DNA of 61,132 nt, the filler included, from Sphacelaria rigidula (Eukaryota): assembly GCA_964200075.2 (NCBI GenBank). It is 10 parts of 10 records of this genome, joined end to end, with 100 filler letters (N's around TTAATTAATTAA, not from the genome) between each part and the next. Parts side by side here need not be neighbours in the genome. Positions count along the whole stretch, not along the records: positions 36,741 to 42,763 come from CAXNAA020022734.1; positions 42,864 to 48,886 come from CAXNAA020022735.1; positions 48,987 to 55,009 come from CAXNAA020022736.1; 7 more parts are not named here. One strand, written 5' to 3'. Numbering within the stretch: the first letter of the stretch is position 1; the number at the start of each line of letters is the position of its first letter. This document shows positions 37,981 through 49,727 of the stretch, piece by piece. The notes under the pieces were generated by a model. The model was not told the DNA's origin and searched no databases. It saw nothing but the letters and a program-made list of their open reading frames with translations. Position numbers and translations under genes: made by a program.

Positions 37981-39736
37981 CGAGGCCACGCTCGCTGTCT
38001 AAGGGTTAACCCGTTGACCGCCAGGGTGGGTCATCCACTGGATCGCACCTCATGTTTACTTGAAAAATGAACGACCCAGATGACCCCCACTAGGGGTGGA
38101 AATGTGGCTGACCCATTCACCCTGAAGTGGTAAACACCGCAAGGTACATGTACCTTTCATGACTTCTGGCCATAATACCACACAGACACAGCCACGCCCG
38201 GCTGGTCTCCTTGGTAGAACTGACATCAAAAGGGTGAGGAAAGCGAGGGTTCGATTCCTGCCAGATGCGTGTAGTTTAACCTTTTCTCGTAAGTATCCAG
38301 TGTTCGTGAAAAATTATTATCATTTGTTGTTATTATTTCCTCACATTAGTCCTATCTCTCGAACCCGTGGTCACAGATGTCGGTTTGTCTTTCCGATACC
38401 GTCTTTCCAAGACATGAGGGTTCTCCGTCATTTTTTTCTAGACTCTAGCCTAATCACAAGAACGAACGAATCAACTAAAATATCACCAAAATGAGAATAA
38501 GAAGAGACGCCAAGAAAAACACGAGATGTAGCAAAATAAAAGCAGGAATATAAGTGTCCACATTCAAGAATTTTTCCACTTCTTCACCGCAACTCTCCTT
38601 GTGAACTTCTTCACCGTGAGTGAATGACCAGCCGAGAAAGCTGGCACACAAGTGGGACACGGGACAGGCAGCATGCGGATCAATCAGCGATACGTTTGGT
38701 CAGAATACAAAAATCAGCACGGCGATTGGCGCAATACCGTCGATAAGCTCTCGAAGCGGCCTTTCCATATACCGAAGGCTGCACACTAACGCTAATGCAT
38801 AGTACGATGTGTTGGTGCACCAGCTTTCACATCATGTGCAGCTGGACGGCTGCCGCGCTGGGAAACAAGCGTCTGTACTGGGACAATTTGTGGATAATGA
38901 CTTATCTGTACAAATCTCAGTTAAATATCGCCTGCAGAGATGATCAGTTGGGGAGGTACGCCGTACGTGCGCAGCTCGCGCTGCAACGCGCTGAAACTTT
39001 GGCTAAATGTTTTGTGGACCATAGAAAACAAGCCCAAAACTCTGAATAGGGGGTTGCTGGTTGCGGCAGCACGCAACCGGGCCACAAGGGATGAGGTTCT
39101 GACCCGAATTTTTCGCTTTTTCAATCTCATTTGGGGTCAAGACTGTACCTGATGTCGGTTGAAGGCGTGAGAACGTGAACAGCAAAAAAGTGTGTTCGGC
39201 TGAGTTTGTTGGGTGACAGTCGACGCGGTGAGGGCATGCCGATCCAATCCGCGACACCAACATATGAGGCGTGTATCGGGTGAGAGATGGGCCGTTCTCT
39301 TGAAACGACGGAGTCGTCCCGAGGAGGGGGGGGTATTACAAGTACGAACAAAACACAGGACGTTACTTATGTCCCGTGCTCCTGTATTGCGATGTAGTGC
39401 AACTACAGTAGTACCTCGGATAGTTACTGTCACCGTGCTGCGAATTTTTGCCTCTCACGCATAAGACACTCGACACGGCTTCAGGGTCTTTACGTCAGTA
39501 CATTTTCAACCAAACGTAGTCGGACACATGAACGCATCGGAGTACACACGTAGTAAGCAGTTGGCACGGAAACAAACTGCAGTCACTTGGCCTGTGCCTT
39601 ACTGGGTTCAAGATACTTTACAGCAAACCACAGAGAACCCGTTCCCACAGAGAACAAACGCACAACCGCACATCAAATTCTCAACCGGTAGATGACAATG
39701 AGGACATCAAGGAGTCAGCACTACTGTGTAACATAC

Positions 39737-40080
39737 CTCCCGAGATCCTCTATATCAAGGAAAGGGAGGAGGGTCTTGGGCAGGAAGTTCCGATCCTTGA
39801 GAAGCATGCGGCGCATCAATGCGAACGCCACGCTGCTTTCCTGCTTCACGTCTGTTGCTGCCTGACGGCGATGCCCATCAACAGTGGCTGTCGAGAATTC
39901 CTTCCGTTCTTCCTCCGATAGCCCGTGCGCCACCATCAGCCGTTGCAATTTTTCCTGCGTGAGCTCCAGGGCAAAGCGCAACGACTCATTCTCCGCTCTC
40001 AAGGCTTCCATTTCTTCCTTGTTAGCGTTGCCGCTGCCTGAGGTGCTGATGGTTTCTGTGCTCATTGATGCAAATCTGCC
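39737..40080 (-). CDS. Exon encoding a coiled coil followed by the probable start of an F-box-like motif
   Basis: ttctag acceptor, in-frame ATG at 40065, EEMEALRAENESLRFALELTQEKLQRL heptads, FLPKTLLPFLDIEDLGR then AG|gtatgt donor. Confidence 0.7.
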
Positions 40081-40923
40081 CTAGAAGAGCCCGTACACGC
40101 TACAACAATACCGTAGGGACAAGAAAAGGGAATACCTTGAACAGTCGAAACCAAGTTTTATCGCTCGTATTTCGTCAAGCGTCTTCTCCGAAGACTTGAG
40201 TTTGAACGTCTTCGTGTATAACCTGTTCTTCGGTACACCCACCCCAGTGTTGTGAGGCGGTGCCACCCACAACAGCACAACAATTGCGAATGTATTTATA
40301 CTGAACTGCCTATACCCAAGCTTTGCAGGACAGAACAGTCGGAGACAGCACAGAATAACCCAGGACTACACTACATTTACAATGCTAGGACTGTCTGCAG
40401 ACAGTATGATGGGTTCAGTAGAGATAGAGATAGTCTGGCGGTATGATAGATACCTACAATAGTAGTAGTTAATGACTGAAAATAATGCGTGACTTAAATT
40501 TAATTCAAAATGCCGAATCATTTCATGATGAGGAACAAGCTGGGCTAATCCAGAAGCGGATCTGTAGGTTGCTGGCGGATTCTCCAATCAATTTCGAGAG
40601 TATAAATTTGCATTGAAGAATCAGTGGGGCATATTTTAAAACGGAATATCGACGGCCCGGTATGCATATACCGTGAGTTCAGGGGGGGAAAATAAGATCC
40701 GCTTGTGACTGAGAAAAACGTATGCTGTATAATATGGAGTCAGGTCAGCCTAGAAACGGACCGCGAGAAGGCTACGTCACCTGCCGAATCGGCATCAATT
40801 TCATTCGAAAAAACTACTATACGTGTGATCCAGATGGACTACCCGCACTGCGGTCGAAGGGTCAAGATCTTAAAGCAATATCTCATCGACACAGACCAGT
40901 TGAGCCGGGATCAGCATACATTA

Positions 40924-41740
40924 CAGTAGTGGTCCCGGTTTAGCGGTGACCTGTTCAGCGGATGGTACCGATTTAGCGGTAAAAGTTCGGCTGACACAGT
41001 TTCTTCCCGGTTTAGCGGTAACCGCTAAACCGGACGGTGACCGTTTCAGCGGTTATTTAGGGCGGTTGAATCCGGCATAGCGGTAGTGCACTCCACAGTA
41101 CTGTACTGTACCGCTGTACAGCGGCGTTCCAGCAGCAGTATAGTTGTCGAGCGCCTGCTGCTGTAGACGAGCGACACACACAGCTGCTGTAAACACACGA
41201 CACAAACATCTGCTGCAAACACACGACACACATAGCTAGCTACACACAGCTCTGCGAGCGGCAGCTACCCGTTGAAACCATGCCGTGCGCAGCAGCATTA
41301 GAGGTTGCAAGCTTCCCAATATGACACCATTTGAGCCCAACGGGCATCCGTGTCGCGGTGGTTGTGGACACCGCCTCCACGGCTGTTGCGGCGAGGTGGA
41401 GGATCCTGAGGGTAACGAGATGGATCGTATCTGCCTGTCTTGCTGTGGACAAGCTAATACCCTCCAAGCAATACTGAAAGGGGCAGCTCGAGTACGGCCA
41501 AGCGCAAAAATCCACAGGGAGGAGGCTCTCAGCAGGACGTTGAGACTCCGGGACAAGAGTTGTCGATGGCGCCACCGCCGTACTCGGATATCTCGTCGCT
41601 TTTTGGGCAGCTTATTAGTAGGCAGAGTCGTGTGGTATCGGAGACGCAGGGTTCCATCTTCGCAAGGCGAAGATGTCTTTTCTTGCGGCGTACGCTTCTA
41701 CACCAACAAAGCAGACAGATATCACGACCATGTCTTTCAA
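40924..41740 (+). mobile_element. Internally deleted pogo/Tigger-like DNA transposon
   Basis: TA|CAGTAGTGG 5' end with repeated CGGTTTAGCGGT; frameshifted Cys/His finger (GHPCRGGCGHRLHGCC...RICLSC); C-terminal PPPYSDISSLFG...FHLRKAKMSFLAAY...KQTDI; no HTH/DDE core and no 3' TIR found. Confidence 0.65.
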
Positions 41741-42179
41741 GTCGTGTCGATACTGCTCTTCACCCGATGCACAAGATTTGATTGAACATCTTGCTTCGTT
41801 TCGTTTTGCTGAAGTATACAATACTGGGCTCGTGTTAGCAAGAGGACTTGATGTGGCATACATCAGTAGAAGGGGTCTCCAGCAGTTATCGTGTGCAAGT
41901 ATCAGGATGGTGACATGGTGTGAGCCAGGTCGTGGGGGGACAGAGTTTTCTTCATGAATTTTTATACTTCGAAGTGTAGCAGTATTACTGTACAGCAGTA
42001 CTGTACAACAGTAGGCGCCCCCACTTGAGAACTTCGCAGTCAGGGAATTGAGGCTAAAAAAAATCGAAATCTAAGAACTCGGCCATAAGAACACGTGCTC
42101 AGTTCCGACGTGATGGAAAAAAAAAAAAAGAACAACAAGAACGCGCAATTGTGGTGTTAGGATGAGCATAGATATAAGA

Positions 42180-42568
42180 ATGTGTTGTGTGTGTTGTCGG
42201 CCCTTTTTTTTCTGGACGCCATTCTACCCCTTTCGGGATGTGTGGGCGCATCAGCCGGGGTCACACAGGAGGAAGGGCAACACAGGAGCTTTTTACCTTA
42301 TATTTGTTTTTAGTACCCCATCTTCCTTCTGCGGTGCTTGCCTTTTATTTATTTGCCTTTCATTGCTTTATTTTTTTATCGCGAGAGGGGTTCAGTAGTC
42401 CCTTTTCCTCGTCGACTGTGAAATGGAATTATTGTGTACCCACGACATAGTCGCTCTCCTCTGTTGAGCATGGTGTAAGAAAAACTCCCAGATCGCTTCG
42501 AGAATCGGACCCACAACTCAACCACCAGAAGGTCGCGAGGTTACCAACTGAGCCACCGGGGCGACCGG
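42180..42568 (-). mobile_element. tRNA-derived SINE, ~390 bp, (CA)n-like tail
   Basis: Head CCGGTCGCCCCGGTGGCTCAGTTGGTAACC (A box) with degenerate B box; colinear with 43092-43776 and 55110-55177. Confidence 0.85.
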
Positions 42569-42863
42569 TTTTATACAGCCCCATAATATGCGGCGGGTGA
42601 CTGAATAAGAACGAGGGATCCGACGCCACAGGGGGGGGTGGGGGGTGGTTCCAGATTTTTGTCTGACGAGCGGGGGGGTCAGTTTCCCATACGAGCTGGG
42701 CCAGCCCAGAAACGGATTTAACCTGGCAGAGCAATATCTTATCACCGGAAACGAATTGGGCCGNNNNNNNNNNNNNNNNNNNNNNNNNNNNNNNNNNNNN
42801 NNNNNNNTTAATTAATTAANNNNNNNNNNNNNNNNNNNNNNNNNNNNNNNNNNNNNNNNNNNN

Positions 42864-42924
42864 AGGAGCCTCTGAACCAGACAAAATTTCGCGAAAAAAG
42901 TGCACCCCTACCGTAGCATTGCTC
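42864..42924. mobile_element. End of GAG-TIR MITE (contig-truncated)
   Basis: Reverse complement of 47709-47769. Confidence 0.8.
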
Positions 42925-43090
42925 AAGCACCGCAGAAGAAAAGTGGAGAATTAACTAAGAATATGAAAAAAACGTGTTGGCCTTCCTCATGTCGTTGTGT
43001 GACCCCCGCTAAGGTGCCCACACATACGAAAGGTGTAGACACTTGCGTCCAAAACAGATGGAATCGCAATACGAGTAGCACACACAGATT
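42925..43090 (+). mobile_element. 3' part of the same SINE family
   Basis: GCACCGCAGAAG...GTGTGACCCC...GCCCACACAT..GAAAGG.GTAGA...GCGTCCA matches the SINE 3' half. Confidence 0.75.
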
Positions 43091-43091
43091 A

Positions 43092-43776
43092 TGTGTGTAT
43101 GTTGACGTCTCGTCCATTCTGGACGCCCGTCTACACCTTTCCGGTACATTATATAATATGTGGGCGCGCACCAGCCGGGGTCACACAAAATGAGGACGGC
43201 CAACACAGGAGTTTTTCTCTCTCTCTCTCTTGTTTGTTTTAATTCCCCATCTTCCTCCTGCGGTGCTTGTCTTTTACTCTATTTTTTATCGCGAGAGGTG
43301 TTCAGCAGTACCTTTCCCCCGTCGACCATCAAGTCGAATTTTGTGTTTCCCACGACATAGTAGCTGTCCATTTTTTATCGCAAGAGGGGTTCAGCAATCC
43401 CTTTCCCTCGTCGACCATTCTGTCGACCTTTGTGTACCCACAACATAGTCGCTCTCCACTGTTGGGGCATTGTGTGAGAAAAAATTCCAGATCGCTCCAA
43501 GATTCGAACCCACGACCCAACCGTCAGAGAAGGTGTCGAGGCCCATCAAGTCGAATTTTGTGTTCCCACGACACAGTCGCGGTCCATTTTTTATCGCGAG
43601 AGGGGTTCAGCAGTCCCTTTCCCTCGCGTCGACCTTTCTTTGTGTACCTTCAACATAGTCGCTCTCCATGTCAAGCATTGTGTGAGAAAAAATTCCAGCT
43701 CGCTCCGAGATTCGAACCCACGACCCAACCGTCAGAAGGTGTGAAGGTTACCAACTGGGCCACCGGGGCGACCGGC
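43092..43776 (-). mobile_element. tRNA-derived SINE with internal tandem duplications
   Basis: A box TGGCCCAGTTGG, B box GGTTCGAATCT (present twice, at ~43500 and ~43710); body segment repeated three times. Confidence 0.85.
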
Positions 43777-43793
43777 CATGCATGTATACATTA

Positions 43794-44050
43794 GAGTGAT
43801 GCTGCGATAGGGTCAGCACTTTTACGGCCTGAGAGTAGAATTGTTAGGAAGCCTTTATCTCATCCAAAACACGACTTTCGAAATAGGTGAGAGTACGCCA
43901 GGGTTTTTCTTCCAATTTGCTAGGGATATCCCAAATGAATTTGCAAACGGGGATATCCTGACCCATATTCTTGTGTAGTTTCTAATTTTAGGAACCCCTG
44001 AAGCAGGCCGGTTTTGGCCCCAAAAGTGCAGACCCTATCGCAGCATCACT
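43794..44050. mobile_element. Full-length MITE, sister subfamily of 47709-47966 in opposite orientation
   Basis: TIR AGTGATGCTGCGATAGGGTC.GCACTTTT ... AAAAGTGCAGACCCTATCGCAGCATCACT; internal GGGATATCCCAAATGAATTTGCAAACGGGGAT shared. Confidence 0.85.
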
Positions 44051-45825
44051 AATTAACAGGAGCAGTCTGAATCGCGCGACACCGTCAAACTCGTCTTCAT
44101 ACTGCACACCATCACGTCGTCTGCGATACGTGGGAGATGCCTCTTGTTACGGTCAATACCTCGCGCAAGTGCCTTTGCATTGTTTCAAGCAAAAAAATGA
44201 ACGAGAAATAAAAAACTGTATTCTATTGTCCAGAGCACAGTACAGTAGTAGTTGTTAGTTGTTCTACGGTTTCCGATGACCTGCAAGACTTTTACACATC
44301 ATACCACGAATGCACCTGGTGATTTATTTGTGATTACACTGCAGAAGTACATTTTTGTGTGGAGTACTGCACCCAACGCCTAATAAACACTGCATCACTT
44401 GTGTAAATCACCTGATCCATCAAAGAGACCTACTCGGTCTGTGACTCCGTATCCCTCACACTAGGAATAGCTTCGTGTTCCGAAGTTATCTCAGAGAACG
44501 CCTGCGTAAAAACAATGCAGCACTTACTTGCTCTTTGAGTGCAGGATAGTATATATATGACCCTCCAAATAGACTTCTGTTCCGAATACCCCCCACAGAG
44601 GAGAACGCCTCCTCGCCGTCGCTACTTGTACACAGATCATCTTGCGCTAGCATCGCACACAACAGTGCTACCGACTGTAATGCTACCCAAGTCAGTTGTT
44701 GTCTGTACCAGAGCTTTTAGATAGCACTTGGTGTGTGCGTGCACAAGCTAAGCTTCAGCGCGCAGGGGTCGCGGCGGGGGGCATTTGACTGCTGTACGGC
44801 CCTGCCACTGTGCTGTTGTTGTACTGCTGTACCGAGTGCGTCCCATAGGCTGCGGGGCTGGCTGTTGGTTGAATCTGGATTGCGACGAGAAGTCCAGGCC
44901 GGGAGCCATGTCGAGAGTTATGCAAGAGGTCAAGAATGCTGGTGGGTTTGAAGACTGTGTTCTTCGAAGCGATGTGCTTTAACTGAATACTGTTGAACCG
45001 ACTGTATTTTGAAATGTATCTTACTGGTCATGACGGCAAGCCGTGCGCGCGTTGCTCGAAAAGTTGCTGTCTCGTAACGGCAATCCATCTACATCACGTG
45101 TAAAGTACAGAACTTACAGACAAACAAGACGAGGAGCATGGACTTCTTCAGTCGGCGTAGACCTTTGCAGCAGGAAGGCATGCGTCCTCTCGGGAGGTTT
45201 AATTTCATCTCCAGGACGAGGCAACGCGCATACGCGGCTTTGCGTTTGTGCAACAACCAGGAGGTGCATGGTGAAATAGAGTCAGGCAGGATAGCGAAAG
45301 ATTCGTTTTTTATTTCAAGATTCTCGACCTCAATTCGAGGCAGTGGTGTGTCCGACATTCGATCTTGTAACAACAGCATCAGTTGGAGGGACGCTCCTAC
45401 GTGCACGTCTGACAGACGAGTTAGTGGAGCTACGACGGAATACATTATACGAATTAGCGCAGCAAAACAATGCTTGGTGGCCAGACCAGTACCTTTGATT
45501 CCTTCGCACCATGGGTAAAGGTTCATTCCACTCCCACTCCAGCATGGTACGGGGCACCACCAGTAGTGGTAGCAGGTGTATTTTGAGGTGTCAGTTATTC
45601 ATGTACTGTTGTATCTGCAACAAAGGTCAACTTACGGTTCAGGGTTGTCGTCTACACGACCAAAGGCCAAAAGAGAACAAAATCCAATGCCGCAGCTTGA
45701 CCGCAGAACTATTTTTTATGTTTTGCCTTCTGTTCTACAACACTACAACAGTAGCCAGTACAATACAGCGTGCTACTCTTGCTGTCTGTATTGTCTGTGC
45801 TGAATTTTGCTTTGTGTACTGGTGT

Positions 45826-47221
45826 CAGTGTTATTCCTTTTCGATAATATGGAGGCGGTAGAGGGCGAGATGTGTAACTTCCAGTAGATATTGTCATATT
45901 CCGAAGGTTTCAATTGCCTGAGACCAAAGCTGGAGATCATCACGGAAAGAGGGGCGGGCACTTCCACCATCAAGAGCTCGCCTCACGGGTGCATCACTTG
46001 CGAGTTATGTAACTACATAGATCACAAGCGATTTCTACCGGAAAAACGTGCTGGCTCGGTAGTGCACGACGAAGTTCGTGAAGGGTTATGTACATGCCGG
46101 CCCCACCCCGTCTGCATCGCTCTAAACACAAGTGATATAGTACAGCATATCACATACTGCGGGCCGCCTGCGTTAGAGACTGCGCACCACCCACATCAGT
46201 GACGCCTGTAGCTGCACAACGTGCTCGATGCACAGCAGCAACGTGCAAGGTGATATGGCACACCGCAGAACGTAACATCCTTCGTATATCTCTGCTCTGC
46301 AGTGATTTCTACCTGTCTTCCGCAGTTCACCACAACATGTACCCAGCCGCTTCTGCTGCCGTACATGTGTACGGGTAATACCACCCGTCGCGGGTCCAGA
46401 TTTTCGTAACCCGACCGTCTTGCAGCTGTACTCGACAACAGATTTCACTACTGTGCGCAGTACACTTTTTTTAAGCTGAACAGAAGTATCTTGTCCATCT
46501 TGGTACATTTTCACATATAAAGTTGGGCAGTGGGACCGTGGCGTTGTCGTCAAAATATGGCCGAAGTGGAAGTGAGGAAATCACCGAAATATTCACGTGC
46601 AAAGCCGTTGAGGAGATAATTCAAGTTGATGATGCTAGAAGAGTATCAGTGCAACGCCCACTCCGGCTGCCAGCCTGTTTGCACGGCCGGGTCGGTAGTG
46701 GTGGGACTATCTGTACCGGGATGTCGCCTCCAGTACCAGGTACGCCGGCAAGGGCTCGTCGCGCAACCCACTGGTCGCACGACAGGAGCTTAACTTTCGA
46801 CTGTCGACCGTTTTGGAGCGGGAACGTTCACCTCCCAACCCTCATATATATAGTGGACCATAAACGATGCTTGTTCGCTGGGTTTATTTGAGCGTTCATC
46901 CCTAACTGGGCAAAGATTGATGCGAGGCCGGTGGGATCCATTGCATAGTCAGCGTGCTCAACTGTCACTGTACCCATTATAATCGTCATCAAACAGCAGG
47001 GTGTTGAAAAACGTGATCGCGCACCCGATGATTATCCACCGTATAAATGCAGACCGGGTCATCACCGACTTCCCCTGCTGTAGCTGTGACAGTGACACCT
47101 TCCTCTAATACCAATCTACACATCCTCCAAGTTTCGGCGTAATCTGACGCGGGGTGCGGATGCTCTTCACGCCTAAGCTGTCGAAACACCGCCTCCATAT
47201 TATCGAAAAGGAATAACACTG
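45826..47221. mobile_element. 1396-bp non-autonomous DNA transposon with perfect 34-bp TIRs and 4-bp TSD (GTGT)
   Basis: CAGTGTTATTCCTTTTCGATAATATGGAGGCGGT at 45826-45859, exact reverse complement at 47188-47221; GTGT at 45822-45825 and 47222-47225. Confidence 0.9.
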
Positions 47222-47708
47222 GTGTTCTGTACTGACTGCACTGGTACTCCACACCGTATTGTGATGTGCGGTGCTGTTGTGCAGTCCCGGTAACAGTTCA
47301 AGTAGTACAACACATACGAGTATTTGCGAGTACACAGTATAGTTGCTGTTTGCCCTACTAGAGGCTGGTTCACGCTTAGAGTATATCACCCAAAATTGTC
47401 AACAGTACGAGTACCTCCGGCATGGCGCCTCCAGCGGGTGTCTCCGGGGGCGCCTCCGGCGGGCCCCCCTCTGCCGGGGGGGGCTTTTTGGCTCGCGGCT
47501 GCGCCGCTCGATGACCGAATTATCACGTAACATGGTTCAACAATGTTTTTGTGAGATTGAGAGTAGAGCGCTGATTGAGAGTGGCTTTGATCATTCACTT
47601 TAACTTGGCCTATTTTTAATTCCGTGTGTGCTTTTCTTTGCCTCCGTCACTGGCGTGTGCTTAGAGCTACACGTCGATATCGTACTCAGGAAATATCAAG
47701 GGCCTCAG

Positions 47709-47966
47709 GAGCAATGCTACGGTAGGGGTGCACTTTTCTCGCGAAATTGTGTCAAGTTCAGGGGCTCCTAACGATTCTAGATGCATAAAAAATATGGATC
47801 AGGGCATCCCCGTTTGCAAATCCATTTGGGATATCCCCAGCACATTGAAGTAGTAATCCTGGCGTACTTGAACATATTTTCATAGGTCGTGTTTTGCATG
47901 AGATAAAGGGCTCCTAAGAATTCTAACCTCAGAAAATATTTGTGCACCCCTACCGTAGCATCACTC
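47709..47966. mobile_element. Full-length 258-bp MITE
   Basis: TIR GAGCAATGCTACGGTAGGGGTGCAC ... GTGCACCCCTACCGTAGCATCACTC. Confidence 0.88.
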
Positions 47967-48684
47967 TGATAATAAAATCAAGTAATTGGGAATTCGCACG
48001 TTTCAAGCTCACTTCGAGCTCGAGAATCCCACAAAAGCGCAAAAACTCACCCTGGTTTTGGGGGTTAGGCTCTGAAATTTTGCACACATATACTGTGGGT
48101 CATCATCTTATAAAGGCTTTTTTGGAATGGAGTCTTTCGAGAAAAAAAAAAAGCCAGTTATTGAGGGTCTCAGAAGGGTATGTGTCTCCCCACGGTACTA
48201 GTATATGTGTACAATTTTTCAGAGTCTAACTCCATCAACCGGCGTGAACATTTGCGGATGAGGGAATTCCGGGTCATGGGCGTGAACTAGCTTGTGACAT
48301 TTTCACAATTTACTCAACCTGAGTGAATGTGCTCTATTATCTACAGCTCATAGTTGTGTGCCGATGATCGACTCAGTCGGTCCTCAGCCATCACAACTAG
48401 CTTCCCTCTTTTTTTCACTTTATTTTCACCATTTGGGAATTTTTTTATCGACGCTTGTGCACACCTGTCCAGAGTAACGAGATGTTCCTTGTGTTTGGAT
48501 CTTCGTACAACGAGGGAAGGAATAGGATACTACAATCGGTTCTCCCGAACCGGCATTTTTCTCTTTCGCAAAAACCTAATACCTTGACCCTCAGACTGCG
48601 AGCTCCGCCTCGGGACGGTTTCGCCGGCTTACCGTCCAGAGACATCCAGTGGTTTCCAGGGGGCGGGGAGGTGGTTTTTGAGGG

Positions 48685-48886
48685 TGGGGGGGAGGCGTAC
48701 TTATGTTTTGCTTGGTTTTGAGGGGGGGCGCAGGTGTACTCATGATCATGCAGGCCATAGTCATAAGATCATGGACCTCGCGTCCCTGCAAAGGACGGAG
48801 CACGCCGGGTTTTTGCAGGACCAGGCTCGCACTCAATCACCAAGCGCGAAGCGCCGTGGTGTGTTCGGCGAGTCGTATGAAGGGTG
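48685..48886 (-). mobile_element. Very short LINE family A 3' end (48685-48713) next to a LINE family B 3' end (48722-48886)
   Basis: G-run + GCGTACTTATGTTTTGCTT flanked by GGTTTT(T)GAGGG; then G-run + GTGTACTCATGATCATGCAGGCCATAGTCATAAG. Confidence 0.75.
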
Positions 48887-49683
48887 NNNNNNNNNNNNNN
48901 NNNNNNNNNNNNNNNNNNNNNNNNNNNNNNTTAATTAATTAANNNNNNNNNNNNNNNNNNNNNNNNNNNNNNNNNNNNNNNNNNNNCACAGGACCATGCA
49001 AACTCCACCCATCTCATTCTCAGCTACCACCGCAACCCTGCAGCATAGAGCACGAGTTGAGCACAGGGATAGATACACGAGAGTAGTTGGGTAGTGCTTT
49101 GTTTGTTTTTGGTTGGCGAAAACTTGCGCATCTTCTCTCATGGTAGGTAGTCATCCGGGATGGCACTGCGTGCGGTACGGTGGGCGACCGAGTTGCGCGC
49201 ACGCTCATGGACGGTGCAGGCAGTACAAAGGTGTACGTTGCTGAAGCTATTGTCGAATCGCATTGTAAGCAGAGAGAAATGATAGTCTTGGGCTGTCTGC
49301 ACTGCACGTTGTCCGCTTCCCCTTTATCCTTTCCTGCACGAAACACGCACACACGCACTCAAGACACCCTTCTTGCAAGTAGCGCAAACAGTACAGACCA
49401 TGGACCGCTTCACGAATTTCACTGTCCTTTTTCGATCGGAAGCTTGGAAATCCATCCGGACCCAACTGCATCAAAACGAGATGTTTTCACTCGAATCAAT
49501 TCTACCGCATCTTTTTTCGATCGAAAAAAAAAGTGCTAAGACAGGCCCTAAAAATCCATCCGGACCCAACTGCACCACAACGAGAATTTGTTTTTGCTAG
49601 GACCCGGGACGAATGGTGGCCGCATACAGGTCAAAAACAACCCAAAACGTGGAGTTGCTGACCGTTCGTGCGCTGCGAGCGCA

Positions 49684-49684
49684 G

Positions 49685-49727
<43 letters not shown>
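49684..49727. repeat. (GTT)n microsatellite
   Basis: ~14 perfect units. Confidence 0.95.

Noticed and set aside
43700..43776. Functional tRNA gene
   Set aside because: A/B boxes are present but there is no proper cloverleaf, and it is attached to a repeated SINE body.
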